The notes beneath the pieces were generated by a model, which saw only the letters and a list, made by a program, of their open reading frames with translations, was not told where the DNA came from and did not search any database. Positions 49,471 through 58,811 of a DNA stretch of 64,000 nt are shown here, one piece after another (position 1 is the first letter of the stretch; every line of letters begins with the position of its first letter). The stretch lies in contig CP051526.1 in NCBI GenBank assembly GCA_050916045.1, positions 2,976,001-3,040,000 on the forward strand. The letters run 5' to 3'. Source of the DNA: Tepidisphaera sp. (lineage in GTDB: Bacteria > Planctomycetota > Phycisphaerae > Phycisphaerales > UBA1924). A program made the translations under genes and the position numbers.

Positions 49471-50865
49471 GTGACGCCCCTGGACGACATCCCGCGCCGC
49501 GGCTTTCTCGCGGGCTCGGCCCGAGCCGCCGCGGCCCTCTCCGGTGCGGGTCTTGTCGCCGCGTCGCTCTGGCCCCGAACGCCGCGATCCCGCAGGTCCA
49601 TCCCGCAAGGCCGCACCGTCATCACCTACTGGGAGAAATGGACCGGCGTCGAGGGGCTCGCTGTCCAAGCCGTCGTCGACAGGTTCAACGCCGAGCAGGA
49701 CCGTATCTTCGTCGAACGCCTCGCCGTCAGCGACGAGAACAGCAAAGCCATGATCGCCGTCGCGGGCGGCGACCCGCCGGACGTCATGGGCCTCTTCAGC
49801 TACAGCGTGCCGCAGTACGCGCAGGCCGGTGCCGCGATCCCTTTCGACGAGCTTGACCTGGACCCGGGCCCGAACCACTACCTCCCCGCCGTTCGCCGCA
49901 CGCTCGAGTTCCAGACCGCGGGCCGGACGCGGCTCTACGCGGGCGCGAACACGTGCTACACGCTCGCGCTCTACTGCAACACCGAGCATCTGAAGGAAGC
50001 GGGCCTTTCACCGCCGACGACGCTTGAGGAACTGCTCTCGCACTCGGTCGCGCTCACCAGACGCGACGCATCGGGCCGCATCACGCGGGCGGGCTTTTTG
50101 CCGACGCTCCCGTGGTGGTGGTACTACCTGTGGCCGGCGGGTTTCGGGTCGCGCGATGCGGACCCGCTTTACGACGCGGCGGCCAACCGCTGCGCGATCG
50201 CCGACCCGCACGCGGTCGCGGCGTACGAGTGGCTTGCCGAGTTCCCCAAGCGGCTGGGCCTGGGCGACGTGCAGGCGTTCGCTTCGGAGTTCGGCCGGTC
50301 GTTCCACGGCACGGAGGATCCGTTCCTGACCGGCCGCGTGTCGATGGCGGTGCAGGGGCCGTGGCTCGCCAATTTCGCCCGCACGTTCGCACCGAACCTG
50401 CCGTACACAGTGGTGCCGCTCCCGGCTTCGTCGGCGCGAGGCGGCGCGGTCCGGCTGGTCGAGTGCGATGTGCTCATGATCCCGCGCGGGTGCAAGCACC
50501 CCGAGCACGCGGCTGAATTCGTGCGGTTCACCCAGCGACCGGACGTGCAGGAGATGCTCTGCGCCGCCCACGCCAAACCCTCGCCCCTCGCCTCGCCCTC
50601 CGCGGCCTTTCTCGCGTCGCACCCCAACCCCGGCATCCGTGTCTTCGCCGATGTCGCGAGCGACGAGCACGCCGTCATCCTGCCCCGCACCCGAGTGTGG
50701 AAGCAGTACGCGCTGCTCCTCTACCCGGCGTTTCAGCGGATCTGGGAGGGTGCGCCGGTGGCGGCGGAACTGCGGGCGGTCGCGGAGCGAACCCAGACGC
50801 TCCTCGACAAGGACGCTGGGATGCGGCGCAAGCGGAATGAAGCGGGAAGTCTTTCCCGCCTTTAG
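49471..50865 (+). CDS. Carbohydrate ABC transporter substrate-binding protein (Tat-like signal)
   Basis: RRGFL motif, ITYWEKW, AGGDPPDV, FLTGRVSM..GPW. Confidence 0.9.
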   Translation: MTPLDDIPRRGFLAGSARAAAALSGAGLVAASLWPRTPRSRRSIPQGRTVITYWEKWTGVEGLAVQAVVDRFNAEQDRIFVERLAVSDENSKAMIAVAGGDPPDVMGLFSYSVPQYAQAGAAIPFDELDLDPGPNHYLPAVRRTLEFQTAGRTRLYAGANTCYTLALYCNTEHLKEAGLSPPTTLEELLSHSVALTRRDASGRITRAGFLPTLPWWWYYLWPAGFGSRDADPLYDAAANRCAIADPHAVAAYEWLAEFPKRLGLGDVQAFASEFGRSFHGTEDPFLTGRVSMAVQGPWLANFARTFAPNLPYTVVPLPASSARGGAVRLVECDVLMIPRGCKHPEHAAEFVRFTQRPDVQEMLCAAHAKPSPLASPSAAFLASHPNPGIRVFADVASDEHAVILPRTRVWKQYALLLYPAFQRIWEGAPVAAELRAVAERTQTLLDKDAGMRRKRNEAGSLSRL

Positions 50866-50906
50866 GTTTCTTTTTGTAGGTTTTTTTGTGGGTTCTTTGA
50901 GCTGAT

Positions 50907-51971
50907 TCAGCGACGAAGAATCCAAGCGTACGGCATCTTGGTCAGCACCTTTCCGTCTTTGTCGAGAATCTCGACCGTACCGACGCCCTCGGACGCGGCT
51001 GAAGAGGTATCGAGTCGAAGAACGACCTTGACCGACTCGGATGTGGTCTGCAACGAAGCAGTCAGAGCCGACCCGGAAACCTCCTCGCCATTGTGATCGA
51101 GGAGACGCGTCTTCGCCGCTGCGGGGGGAAGACCGGCACGATCAGTGATCGAGACCGTCCGTTCGAGAACTCCGGCACCGGTGTCAAATCGGAACGCAAA
51201 GCCAGCTGGCGTGGCCACCAATTTCTGAACAACACGCAAGTGGACGGTGACCCGCTCGGCGAGTCCCGCCTGCTCTGTTGCGACAGTAATCACTCCGGTG
51301 TACAAGCCGGGCTTATCTCCGAAGAACTCGAATTGATCGATCTGGATCTCTTCGCCATCACGAGTGCCTACGGGCAATTTCTCTCTTCGACGTTCCTTAC
51401 GCACGGCCTGAGAGAGATCAGACTTGGGGTTGACCGCCAGAGTGTCGAGCGCAGCGCTACGCGTGTAGATCGAACGAGATTCCCGCTCGCCTTCAACAAC
51501 GGTGACCCACAATTGCTTGGGCTCTACAACCATGGCGAGATCGGCCTGGTATCGCGCCGCGAGCGTGAACCTCTGTGACCCGACGATCGCGCCAGAATTG
51601 TCGACAAAGTCGGCTTGAAGCTCCGCTACGTGCCCTTGTACACCGCTGACAGGCGCTGCCGTCAGCTGAGCGACCGCGCTCCCCTCCGTGCCCGGCAGAA
51701 TCTCGGCAGCGGAGAGCGTGACTTTGAGACATGGGCACGTCTGTCTGACGATTCGCAATTTTGACGTGTACGTTGTCTCGTTTCGCAACTGCACTCTGCA
51801 GACTGCGGTTTCCCCAACCGCAATCTTCCCAGCATCAACAGACGTCTCGCCGACTATCTTGAGCGCGGGCTCGTCCGCGTTGAGGCTCTGCACCTCCAAT
51901 TGGGAGACCATTTCAATCCCGCGTGTGCCCAGCACAAAGCAGAGCAGCGACATCATGAAGTACTTCATCAT
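50907..51971 (-). CDS. DUF1573-like Ig-fold domain protein
   Basis: GKIAVGE..LRNET..RQTCPCL..ILPG; lower GC. Confidence 0.7.
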   Translation of the reverse strand: MMKYFMMSLLCFVLGTRGIEMVSQLEVQSLNADEPALKIVGETSVDAGKIAVGETAVCRVQLRNETTYTSKLRIVRQTCPCLKVTLSAAEILPGTEGSAVAQLTAAPVSGVQGHVAELQADFVDNSGAIVGSQRFTLAARYQADLAMVVEPKQLWVTVVEGERESRSIYTRSAALDTLAVNPKSDLSQAVRKERRREKLPVGTRDGEEIQIDQFEFFGDKPGLYTGVITVATEQAGLAERVTVHLRVVQKLVATPAGFAFRFDTGAGVLERTVSITDRAGLPPAAAKTRLLDHNGEEVSGSALTASLQTTSESVKVVLRLDTSSAASEGVGTVEILDKDGKVLTKMPYAWILRR

Positions 51972-53026
51972 GGATTCGGTTCCTTATTGAGCGGGACCGC
52001 GTGCCGCATGTCCATGCTGAGTTCGCTCATCTTGCACTCAAATGCCGCGTTCATTATCAGCTCAGGCTTGACCTGTGGCACGATCCGAAACCGGGATCGA
52101 TCAATTCGCGTATTCAGCGACTTCACTTGAGTGATCGCGTACTGCCAATCGGAGGGTTCTGAGGGCGCCGCCCCCCCGTTGGCCGCGAAGTGCTTCTCTC
52201 GGATGCGAACCCACTCTGAGAATCGGGGCGAGCCGGGAGTAATCGCGTCACTTGGCAGTCCGGCTTCCTTTCTCGCTGCGCTGAGTGCCGTTCTATCGCT
52301 CGACGTGAGCAACTGATCTGACAACTCATACTCGGTGCGGAGCGGCACGCGTATGCCGTCGATAGTCTGCCATTCCGGGACGCGCCACGAAGCAAATACG
52401 TGCCCCCACGACGCGTTAATGAAATCATGCTTCTGCACGAGGCCGGTTTCCGCGTCGATGGACACTCGCTGATCCATAAGGCGACCATCGACGGAAAGTT
52501 GTCCTCGGAGCACAACCTTCCCCTTTTGTTCCGATTCGATCCGAAGGTCCTTGCTCAAGAGCAGCATGTCGGATTGACTCCGCATGCTTTTAAAATCAAG
52601 GCTTCTGCCCAAACCGGTCAACAATCCGGGGAGCATGTTGCACTGAATAAAGGAACGATCTTCCGGACCGACCACCGCGCTCTGATTTGAGGGTCGGTGC
52701 CACTGAGACACGCCGTCGATGACATTCGCCAGGATCTCGACCTCTTGGTAGGACTTGGTGGCCGCGTCATCGATGAATCGCTCACGCCCGGAGATCCGAA
52801 GATTGCCGAAGTCGTCCTTGATTGCATCGAACTTCACAAAGTCAAACTCGCCACCCTTGACGAGCTGTACAGTGATTCGATCTTCCCACTCCGCCGTCCG
52901 AACAGACTCGTCATCGATCGCCAACATCGTGACCCATGCACGACACCTCAGCGATTCCGATTCCGATTGGTGAGTCACAACCTCAAATGCTTGAGCCGCC
53001 ACAAGCGTGCACAGGACCTGGATCAT
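51968..53026 (-). CDS. Hypothetical exported protein (possible LolA-like fold)
   Basis: IDAETGLVQK..WQTIDGIRVP; GGAG SD; coupled to the downstream gene. Confidence 0.65.
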   Translation of the reverse strand: MIQVLCTLVAAQAFEVVTHQSESESLRCRAWVTMLAIDDESVRTAEWEDRITVQLVKGGEFDFVKFDAIKDDFGNLRISGRERFIDDAATKSYQEVEILANVIDGVSQWHRPSNQSAVVGPEDRSFIQCNMLPGLLTGLGRSLDFKSMRSQSDMLLLSKDLRIESEQKGKVVLRGQLSVDGRLMDQRVSIDAETGLVQKHDFINASWGHVFASWRVPEWQTIDGIRVPLRTEYELSDQLLTSSDRTALSAARKEAGLPSDAITPGSPRFSEWVRIREKHFAANGGAAPSEPSDWQYAITQVKSLNTRIDRSRFRIVPQVKPELIMNAAFECKMSELSMDMRHAVPLNKEPNP

Positions 53027-53048
53027 GAGCTTATTTCTCCCGATTGGA

Positions 53049-53528
53049 TCAGTTGCACTGTGTCAGTGTACAATTTGTCGGCATGGTCATCGATCCAACA
53101 GAAGTGTGGCAATAGCACTCGCTCGGCGTAACCGAGTATTCCGCCGGGCGCACCGACGTACAACCGCCCGTGTGCCGAATCTTTGCACCGCAACTGATCA
53201 TCGGCCCTAAATTGATGTGGCAGTTTGCGAGCGCCTTGCTGAAGCAAGTATTCATCGCGACCGGAGCACCCGCACAGGTGTAGCACGAGCCTGTGCAAAG
53301 GTAATTCTCATCTCGTGAGCACCCCTCATGATCGCCGTTTGGTGACAGGACCAAAGTAACGGGGCACTTTGACACCGTGTTGCATTCCCAGCCACTGAGC
53401 GTCACCGGCAAGGCAGGAAGTCCGTCAATTGATCCATGGACTGGCGGATCAACGGCAATTGGTGCCGCTCCTCCCATCGCTGCGATTGTGGTGAGAAAAA
53501 CAAGTCCACCAAATGCTTTACGGACCAT
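53049..53528 (-). CDS. Small secreted cysteine-rich protein (14 Cys)
   Basis: Signal peptide, AAGGAG SD, 14 Cys after the leader. Confidence 0.75.
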   Translation of the reverse strand: MVRKAFGGLVFLTTIAAMGGAAPIAVDPPVHGSIDGLPALPVTLSGWECNTVSKCPVTLVLSPNGDHEGCSRDENYLCTGSCYTCAGAPVAMNTCFSKALANCHINLGPMISCGAKIRHTGGCTSVRPAEYSVTPSECYCHTSVGSMTMPTNCTLTQCN

Positions 53529-53567
53529 GTGCGTCTCCTTCGTAACCTCGAAATGAGGTGCACGTGG

Positions 53568-53598
53568 AGTCTAACAGACCCCCCACCCCCCCTGTCAA
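53568..53598 (-). promoter_or_regulatory. Sigma70-like promoter with G-tract spacer
   Basis: Minus strand TTGACA-GGGGGGGTGGGGGGTCTGT-TAGACT (19-nt spacer). Confidence 0.55.
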
Positions 53599-53625
53599 CG
53601 GGATTTTGGCATTCTTAAGTAATCT

Positions 53626-54360
53626 TTACCGGAGCTTCCGCGGGTTGCCCGCGGGCTTGCCGTCGGCATACGCCCAAAGCGTCACCGTCAGCCACTGCGA
53701 GCCCCAGCGTTTGGCTTCCCCGTGAGTCGGGTAGAGCACATCCAGCCGGCTTCCCTTGATCTTGCCCCCGCAGTCCAGAACGGGCACGATCGCGTCGTCC
53801 GCGTAGCCCGGGACGGTGATCAGCGAACCGTACTTCAGGACCCGCGGATCGGCCGCGACGAGTTGGAACGCGTTGGTCTCCACCGAGTGGAGCGTCGCCG
53901 TCAAGCCGTCGGCCGAGTCGCCGCACGAGTGGGCGTCGGGCGAATACGCCGTCACCCGCATTCGAAGCACGCCGGTCGGACGCACCGGGCGACCGTTGAA
54001 CCACCGGGTGTCTGCCGGGAACGCCTCATCTGCGACCGGGTCCGACGGCTTCTCGATCGGGGTGAACTCAATCTCGACCTCGGGAGCGGCCGAATCGATA
54101 GCGGTGGTCGCCAGAAGGGGCAGGCTTTCGGCCTCGCCTGGGGTGAGCCGGACGACGTCCTGAACCGAAACGGCCAAAGCAGGGGCGAGCCCGCGTTCCT
54201 TGGCCATCATGGCCGAATACGCCACGCCGACCGCAGCCGCGAGGAACACCAAGCCCTCGGCGGCGAACCTGGCCCAGACCCGCGAGCGGAGCCACGTCGG
54301 AGCGGCGTTCTGGGCTCCCGAACGGGCGCGGAGCGAAGACGGACGAACGGAGGGGGTCAT
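53626..54360 (-). CDS. 3D domain-containing protein (peptidoglycan lytic transglycosylase-like)
   Basis: VTAYS, DGLTAT, VAADPRVL..GS, DCGGKIKG.RLDV. Confidence 0.9.
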   Translation of the reverse strand: MTPSVRPSSLRARSGAQNAAPTWLRSRVWARFAAEGLVFLAAAVGVAYSAMMAKERGLAPALAVSVQDVVRLTPGEAESLPLLATTAIDSAAPEVEIEFTPIEKPSDPVADEAFPADTRWFNGRPVRPTGVLRMRVTAYSPDAHSCGDSADGLTATLHSVETNAFQLVAADPRVLKYGSLITVPGYADDAIVPVLDCGGKIKGSRLDVLYPTHGEAKRWGSQWLTVTLWAYADGKPAGNPRKLR

Positions 54361-54775
54361 CCTGACGGATCCCTTGCGGAGGCTCGCCTGCGATGATCCA
54401 CCCACGGCATTCGTCAACATTCTCGCATCTCCGGTTGGCTTTGGGATGGACGCCACTCGCACTGATCACGGCGTCCATCTCGTTCTGAAGAATCCCGTCG
54501 AGCTTTCGGCCTTTCGCCTCGGCCTCTGGCACGGCTTGCAAAGGTTGAGGACAGCCAGTCCCGCACCCTTGAACCGTTACGCTTGACACCCCTCAACCAC
54601 GCTCCCGGTCTGTGCCCTGAGCGGCCGTGCGGACCAGCGTGGGAACGTCTCTGGGGTGAAGGTTACCCCAGGAACCCGGCGCGAGCAACCGAAAGTACCA
54701 TATATTTACCTTACAAACGGTCGTTTCGCGGTCTGGCGGGCGCGTCTAACGCCTGTCCGGCCCGGTTACCAGACC

Positions 54776-54811
54776 AAAAAAGCACGCGACGGTGACCGAG
54801 TCACCGTCGCG
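54776..54811 (-). terminator. Intrinsic terminator
   Basis: Perfect 12-bp stem CGCGACGGTGAC/GTCACCGTCGCG, then TGCTTTTTT on the minus strand. Confidence 0.85.
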
Positions 54812-54862
54812 CGGGGGTTATCCCTGATGTCTGCCCTGTTTAGGGGCATGTCCGGAGGACGC

Positions 54863-56722
54863 TTAGCGGAGCGTCTGGACCATGTCGAGGCGGAACTTGG
54901 GCTGCCACTTGATGGCGAGCTTGTCGCCAATGCCAAGGCCGGTGATGACCGCGCCCTTGGAGACGCGGAAGATCAGCTTGCACTGCTGGCCGGGCTCGGA
55001 GCGGGAGAGGTTCTTGGGAAGCTCTTCGAGGCCGGTGAGCGGGGTGCCGGGGGTGTAGCGGACGCCGATGATGTCGCCGTCGCGGTAGTAGTACCCGATG
55101 CACTCGTACACGCGGCCCTTGTCGTCGACGAGGAAGACGGGCTTGTCGTTGTCGAAGCCGCGCTCGCCGAAGCGCCAGGCGTTGGTCATGCTCACGTCGA
55201 GCTGGCAAACGACCTGGTTCTCCATCGGCTCGTACTTGTCGACCTTGAGGTTGGGGTCCAGGCCGGTGGTCTGGGCGTCGCGGGGGTTCAGGCGGTACTC
55301 GCCGTCCTGGATCATGCCGCCGCCTCTGGCGGGGATGATCGTGCCGCCCTGGAGGGTGTCGCGCTGGAGCTGGATACCGATCGAGATCGACGTCGAGAAG
55401 CCGAAAGATTCCGGGATCTGATCGACAATCACCTTTTCGTTGGTGTTACCCTGACGCATCAGGTAGACGAGGCTTTCGTCAAGGTTCGCGACGCTCCGGC
55501 CGCCCATGAGGTCGGGGATGTCCATGTCGCGGTTGAGCGCGGTGGAGTAGACACGGCCGGGGTTCGTATCCGCGATGTCAGCCCGGATGCCCTTGACGTA
55601 CAGGGCCTTGGGGGTAAAGCCGGGGGGGACGAGGAACTCAAAGCCGAACTTGGAGTCGGCATCGGCGCCGACCGAGGGGAACGCTTTGCCATCGCCGCCG
55701 CTTGAGAAGCCGAACCTCGCGAACTCGACGAACTTCTTCCGCTTGGCGCGGGGGTCGGAGGCGTCGATGTTGGGCGGAGCGGCTTTGAGCAGCGCGGCGT
55801 GCGGGAAGATGAGCTTGGACTCAACGGTGTTGTTGACGAGGAGGGCGACCTGGGCGTTGACGACGACGACCTGACCCGTCTTTTCCTTGGCTGCGGTGTT
55901 GAAGTTGACCACGTACCCGTAGAGGCGGGAAGCGGGATCGATCGGATCGCCATCGAAGGTCAGAAGTCCGGTCTGCGCCGCGGAGAAGCGGTCCTTGGTC
56001 AGCTCTTCCATGCGGGCTTTGCCCGTGACGGTCTGGGGAGGCGCAACCTCGTAGCTCTGCACGATCGAGAAGGAGCCGGGAGGGGTCGTGTTGCGTGCGC
56101 GGTTCTCGCCGTTGGTGGCGGCGTATCGCAAAGCGCCGGCGGTGGCGTACATCGCCGGGTAGTACGTGGCGAGATTCTCGTCGGTGTAGAAGGTCGTGCC
56201 GGAGAGGTGGCTATAGAGATAGGAGGTAAGCCGGTCCGCAGGGACCCAGAGAGCATCGCCACGCTGCACGCTTCCGTTGGCGGAGATCTGGACCGCTCGG
56301 TAGTCGAACATGCCCATATCGGCGGGGAGGCGGAGCATGCCGATCGACATGATCGTGATGCCCGCCATGATGACACCGGCGAGACCGCCGCACAGGCCGC
56401 CGCCGACGTAGTTGGCCGTCTGATTGACGAAGACGTTGCGGCGGAGGGTGGCGTCGATCGCGGCCCGGAAGATGGCGTAGCTGATGATGAACGGGACCGA
56501 CAGGGCGATCGCCCACGCCGACCCGGTCTGAAGCTCGGCGAAGAACCCGCGGGTTCCGGCGCTGCTCAGCATGTAGTGAGCCAAGGGCTCAAACACCGCG
56601 AAGGCGACCGCGCCGGCGGCGACGGTGCACATGAGGTGGATGAACGCGGAGAAGAAGCCGCGGAGCATCCACATGTAGAGCGAGATCAGGATGATGATAA
56701 TGGCGAACGCGTTCATCACCAT
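54863..56722 (-). CDS. CvpA family membrane protein with large C-terminal soluble domain
   Basis: LRGFFSAFIHL, four N-terminal TM helices, GGGLCGGLAG. Confidence 0.8.
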   Translation of the reverse strand: MVMNAFAIIIILISLYMWMLRGFFSAFIHLMCTVAAGAVAFAVFEPLAHYMLSSAGTRGFFAELQTGSAWAIALSVPFIISYAIFRAAIDATLRRNVFVNQTANYVGGGLCGGLAGVIMAGITIMSIGMLRLPADMGMFDYRAVQISANGSVQRGDALWVPADRLTSYLYSHLSGTTFYTDENLATYYPAMYATAGALRYAATNGENRARNTTPPGSFSIVQSYEVAPPQTVTGKARMEELTKDRFSAAQTGLLTFDGDPIDPASRLYGYVVNFNTAAKEKTGQVVVVNAQVALLVNNTVESKLIFPHAALLKAAPPNIDASDPRAKRKKFVEFARFGFSSGGDGKAFPSVGADADSKFGFEFLVPPGFTPKALYVKGIRADIADTNPGRVYSTALNRDMDIPDLMGGRSVANLDESLVYLMRQGNTNEKVIVDQIPESFGFSTSISIGIQLQRDTLQGGTIIPARGGGMIQDGEYRLNPRDAQTTGLDPNLKVDKYEPMENQVVCQLDVSMTNAWRFGERGFDNDKPVFLVDDKGRVYECIGYYYRDGDIIGVRYTPGTPLTGLEELPKNLSRSEPGQQCKLIFRVSKGAVITGLGIGDKLAIKWQPKFRLDMVQTLR

Positions 56723-56843
56723 GGTTGAGGTCCTTTCGAGCGTCGAACATTCAGAGCAGACGCGGGAGGCGGGCGGCGGTTCCGGCCTGGCTTCCGGCGA
56801 TCAGAGGGACAGGGAGGGACGTCGGGAAACGGAGAACGGAAAC

Positions 56844-58565
56844 TCAGGCCGGCTTGGGAGCGGCCGGAGCGGGCTGAGCGGCGGGCGGAGCGGCTTCGGC
56901 GGTGATGCGGATGACCTCGTCGACGGTCGTGGTGAGCGTGACGAGCTTCTGCATCGCGGCCTGGGCGATGGTCGGGAACTGCTTCTTGCGGAGTTCGGCC
57001 CGGAGCGCGTTGATGTTGCCGCTGCGGATGGCTTCACGGCAGGCATCGTCGAAGACGAAGACCTCGAACACGCCTTCCTGGCCAAGGTAGCCGGTCCCCT
57101 GGCAGACGGGGCAGACCTCGGGCTTGTTCTTGATAAGGACCTGGCCGCCCTTCTTGACGAGCTGCTGCACCTTGTCGGCGGGCAGGTTGAGCTTCTTGAG
57201 CATGTCGGGCGGCGGCTGGTACGCCACGCGGCAGTTCGTGCAGACCTTGCGGAGCAGCCGCATCGCGATCACGCCCTTGAGCGGCTTGGAAGCCTGGTCC
57301 TGATCACCGACAAGCTTGACCCACTTCACCACGGCCGTCACCGCGCTATCAGCGGGAATGCTCGCGTAGATGCGGACGCGATCAGCTTCGGACTTGGCGA
57401 TCTCCTTCGCCGTCGCGTTGTCGGGGATCTCTGCCACACCGACCACCTGGGGGTCGCGGCGGAGGATTGCGCGAAGGGTCGTCCAGAACTCGGCACCCTC
57501 GGCCTGCGGGTCGAACCTGTTCTGCTTGGCACCCTCGAGAATGTCCTGGGTGTCGATCTCGATCGTCTGGACGTTCTGCGTGTACGCGTCGTGGAGCTTG
57601 ATCGTGGAGTACAGGAGCGTCGTCCGGCCGCCATCGGGCAGAGCGCCGAGAAGCACCACACCCTGGAGCGTGGAGGTCAGCTCCTTGAACTGCGTTGCTT
57701 GCGATTCGAGCAGGCCGAGCTGTTCGAACTTGCGGCGGACCTGGGCTTCGGGATCGATGAGGAGCGTGAGCTTGGGGCCGCCCTGGGTGCCGATGGTGGA
57801 GACCCGGAGCTTGCGGCGGTCGGCACCGCGCTCAACGTGTATATCCGCGGTCTGGTGCTTGCGGTTCTCGGCGAGGTCGAGCTTGGCCGCGGCTTTCCAG
57901 AACGCCATGATCTGGCTGGCTTCCTGCGGGGGCATCGAGCGGTGCACGATCGGCTGGCCATCGACCAGGGACCGGAGCACGTACGAAGCGTCCTTGCCGC
58001 CGGGGAGGAGTTCGATCTGCGAAGCCCGGGCGTCGATGCCCTGCATGTACGCGGTTTCGGAAGCGACGCGGGTGTTGAACTCGGGTGTGTCGGCCGCGGG
58101 AACGGGCAGCACGCTCTTGTCCGGAGCTTTGATGATGAGCTCGACCTTGCCGGCTTTCTTGGCGGCGGCTTTGAGGGCCTGGGCTTCCTTGTACTTGCTG
58201 AAATCAAGGCCGAGGCGGCCCGCTTCGGGGACGCGGTCGTCCTTGTTGACGCTGGTCACGAAGATGATGACGTCGGCGGCGAGGATGACGAGCACGACGC
58301 CGAGAGAGACGAAGAACCCGGCGTGACCCTCGACCGGCAGGGCGATCGCCACCAGGAACGCCAGCAGACCCATCGACAGGTGGAAGATGTTCCAAGGGTT
58401 GCGCGGCAGGAAGAACCGGGCGCAGTGCTTGTCGAAAACCACGGAGACCAGCCAAGCCCACGCCACGAAGGGGATGAGCAGCACCACGGGCTTCCACACG
58501 GACAGGAGGATCAACCCCTCGGCGAGGGTCAAGGTCGGAGCGTCGGGGAGGGCGAGAGCGTCCAT
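56844..58565 (-). CDS. GspE/PilB-like secretion ATPase homolog with N-terminal TM helices and degenerate motifs
   Basis: GALPDGGRTT, LRRDPQVVGVAEI, RLLRKVCTNC, CPVCQGTGYLG, TTTVDEVIR. Confidence 0.85.
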   Translation of the reverse strand: MDALALPDAPTLTLAEGLILLSVWKPVVLLIPFVAWAWLVSVVFDKHCARFFLPRNPWNIFHLSMGLLAFLVAIALPVEGHAGFFVSLGVVLVILAADVIIFVTSVNKDDRVPEAGRLGLDFSKYKEAQALKAAAKKAGKVELIIKAPDKSVLPVPAADTPEFNTRVASETAYMQGIDARASQIELLPGGKDASYVLRSLVDGQPIVHRSMPPQEASQIMAFWKAAAKLDLAENRKHQTADIHVERGADRRKLRVSTIGTQGGPKLTLLIDPEAQVRRKFEQLGLLESQATQFKELTSTLQGVVLLGALPDGGRTTLLYSTIKLHDAYTQNVQTIEIDTQDILEGAKQNRFDPQAEGAEFWTTLRAILRRDPQVVGVAEIPDNATAKEIAKSEADRVRIYASIPADSAVTAVVKWVKLVGDQDQASKPLKGVIAMRLLRKVCTNCRVAYQPPPDMLKKLNLPADKVQQLVKKGGQVLIKNKPEVCPVCQGTGYLGQEGVFEVFVFDDACREAIRSGNINALRAELRKKQFPTIAQAAMQKLVTLTTTVDEVIRITAEAAPPAAQPAPAAPKPA

Positions 58566-58811
58566 CACGAGGGATTCCCTGGGTGGTTGGTCGGACAGGC
58601 GGTGCCCCGTCCGGCTCCGGCAGGAGGGGCGAACGGGGGAGGGGAAACGGGGGGCGGTCGAACGGGGAGAGGAGAATATCACAGCCCGGGTCGGGCCGCT
58701 CGGAAAAGCACAGGGGTTCGGAAGCGGGAACGAAGAAACGGAAGGACGAGCCCCGGACGCTCGGACCGGCCACGCCGACCCGCATCACCCCGAGGCCCCG
58801 AAGCCTCGGGC

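Noticed and set aside
54526..54541. Sigma54-like TGGCACGGCTTGCA
   Set aside because: GG-to-GC spacing is 2 nt too short for a -24/-12 promoter.
58746..58760. Partial match to the REP-like variant (ACGAGCCCCGGACGC)
   Set aside because: Too short and GC-rich to separate from chance.
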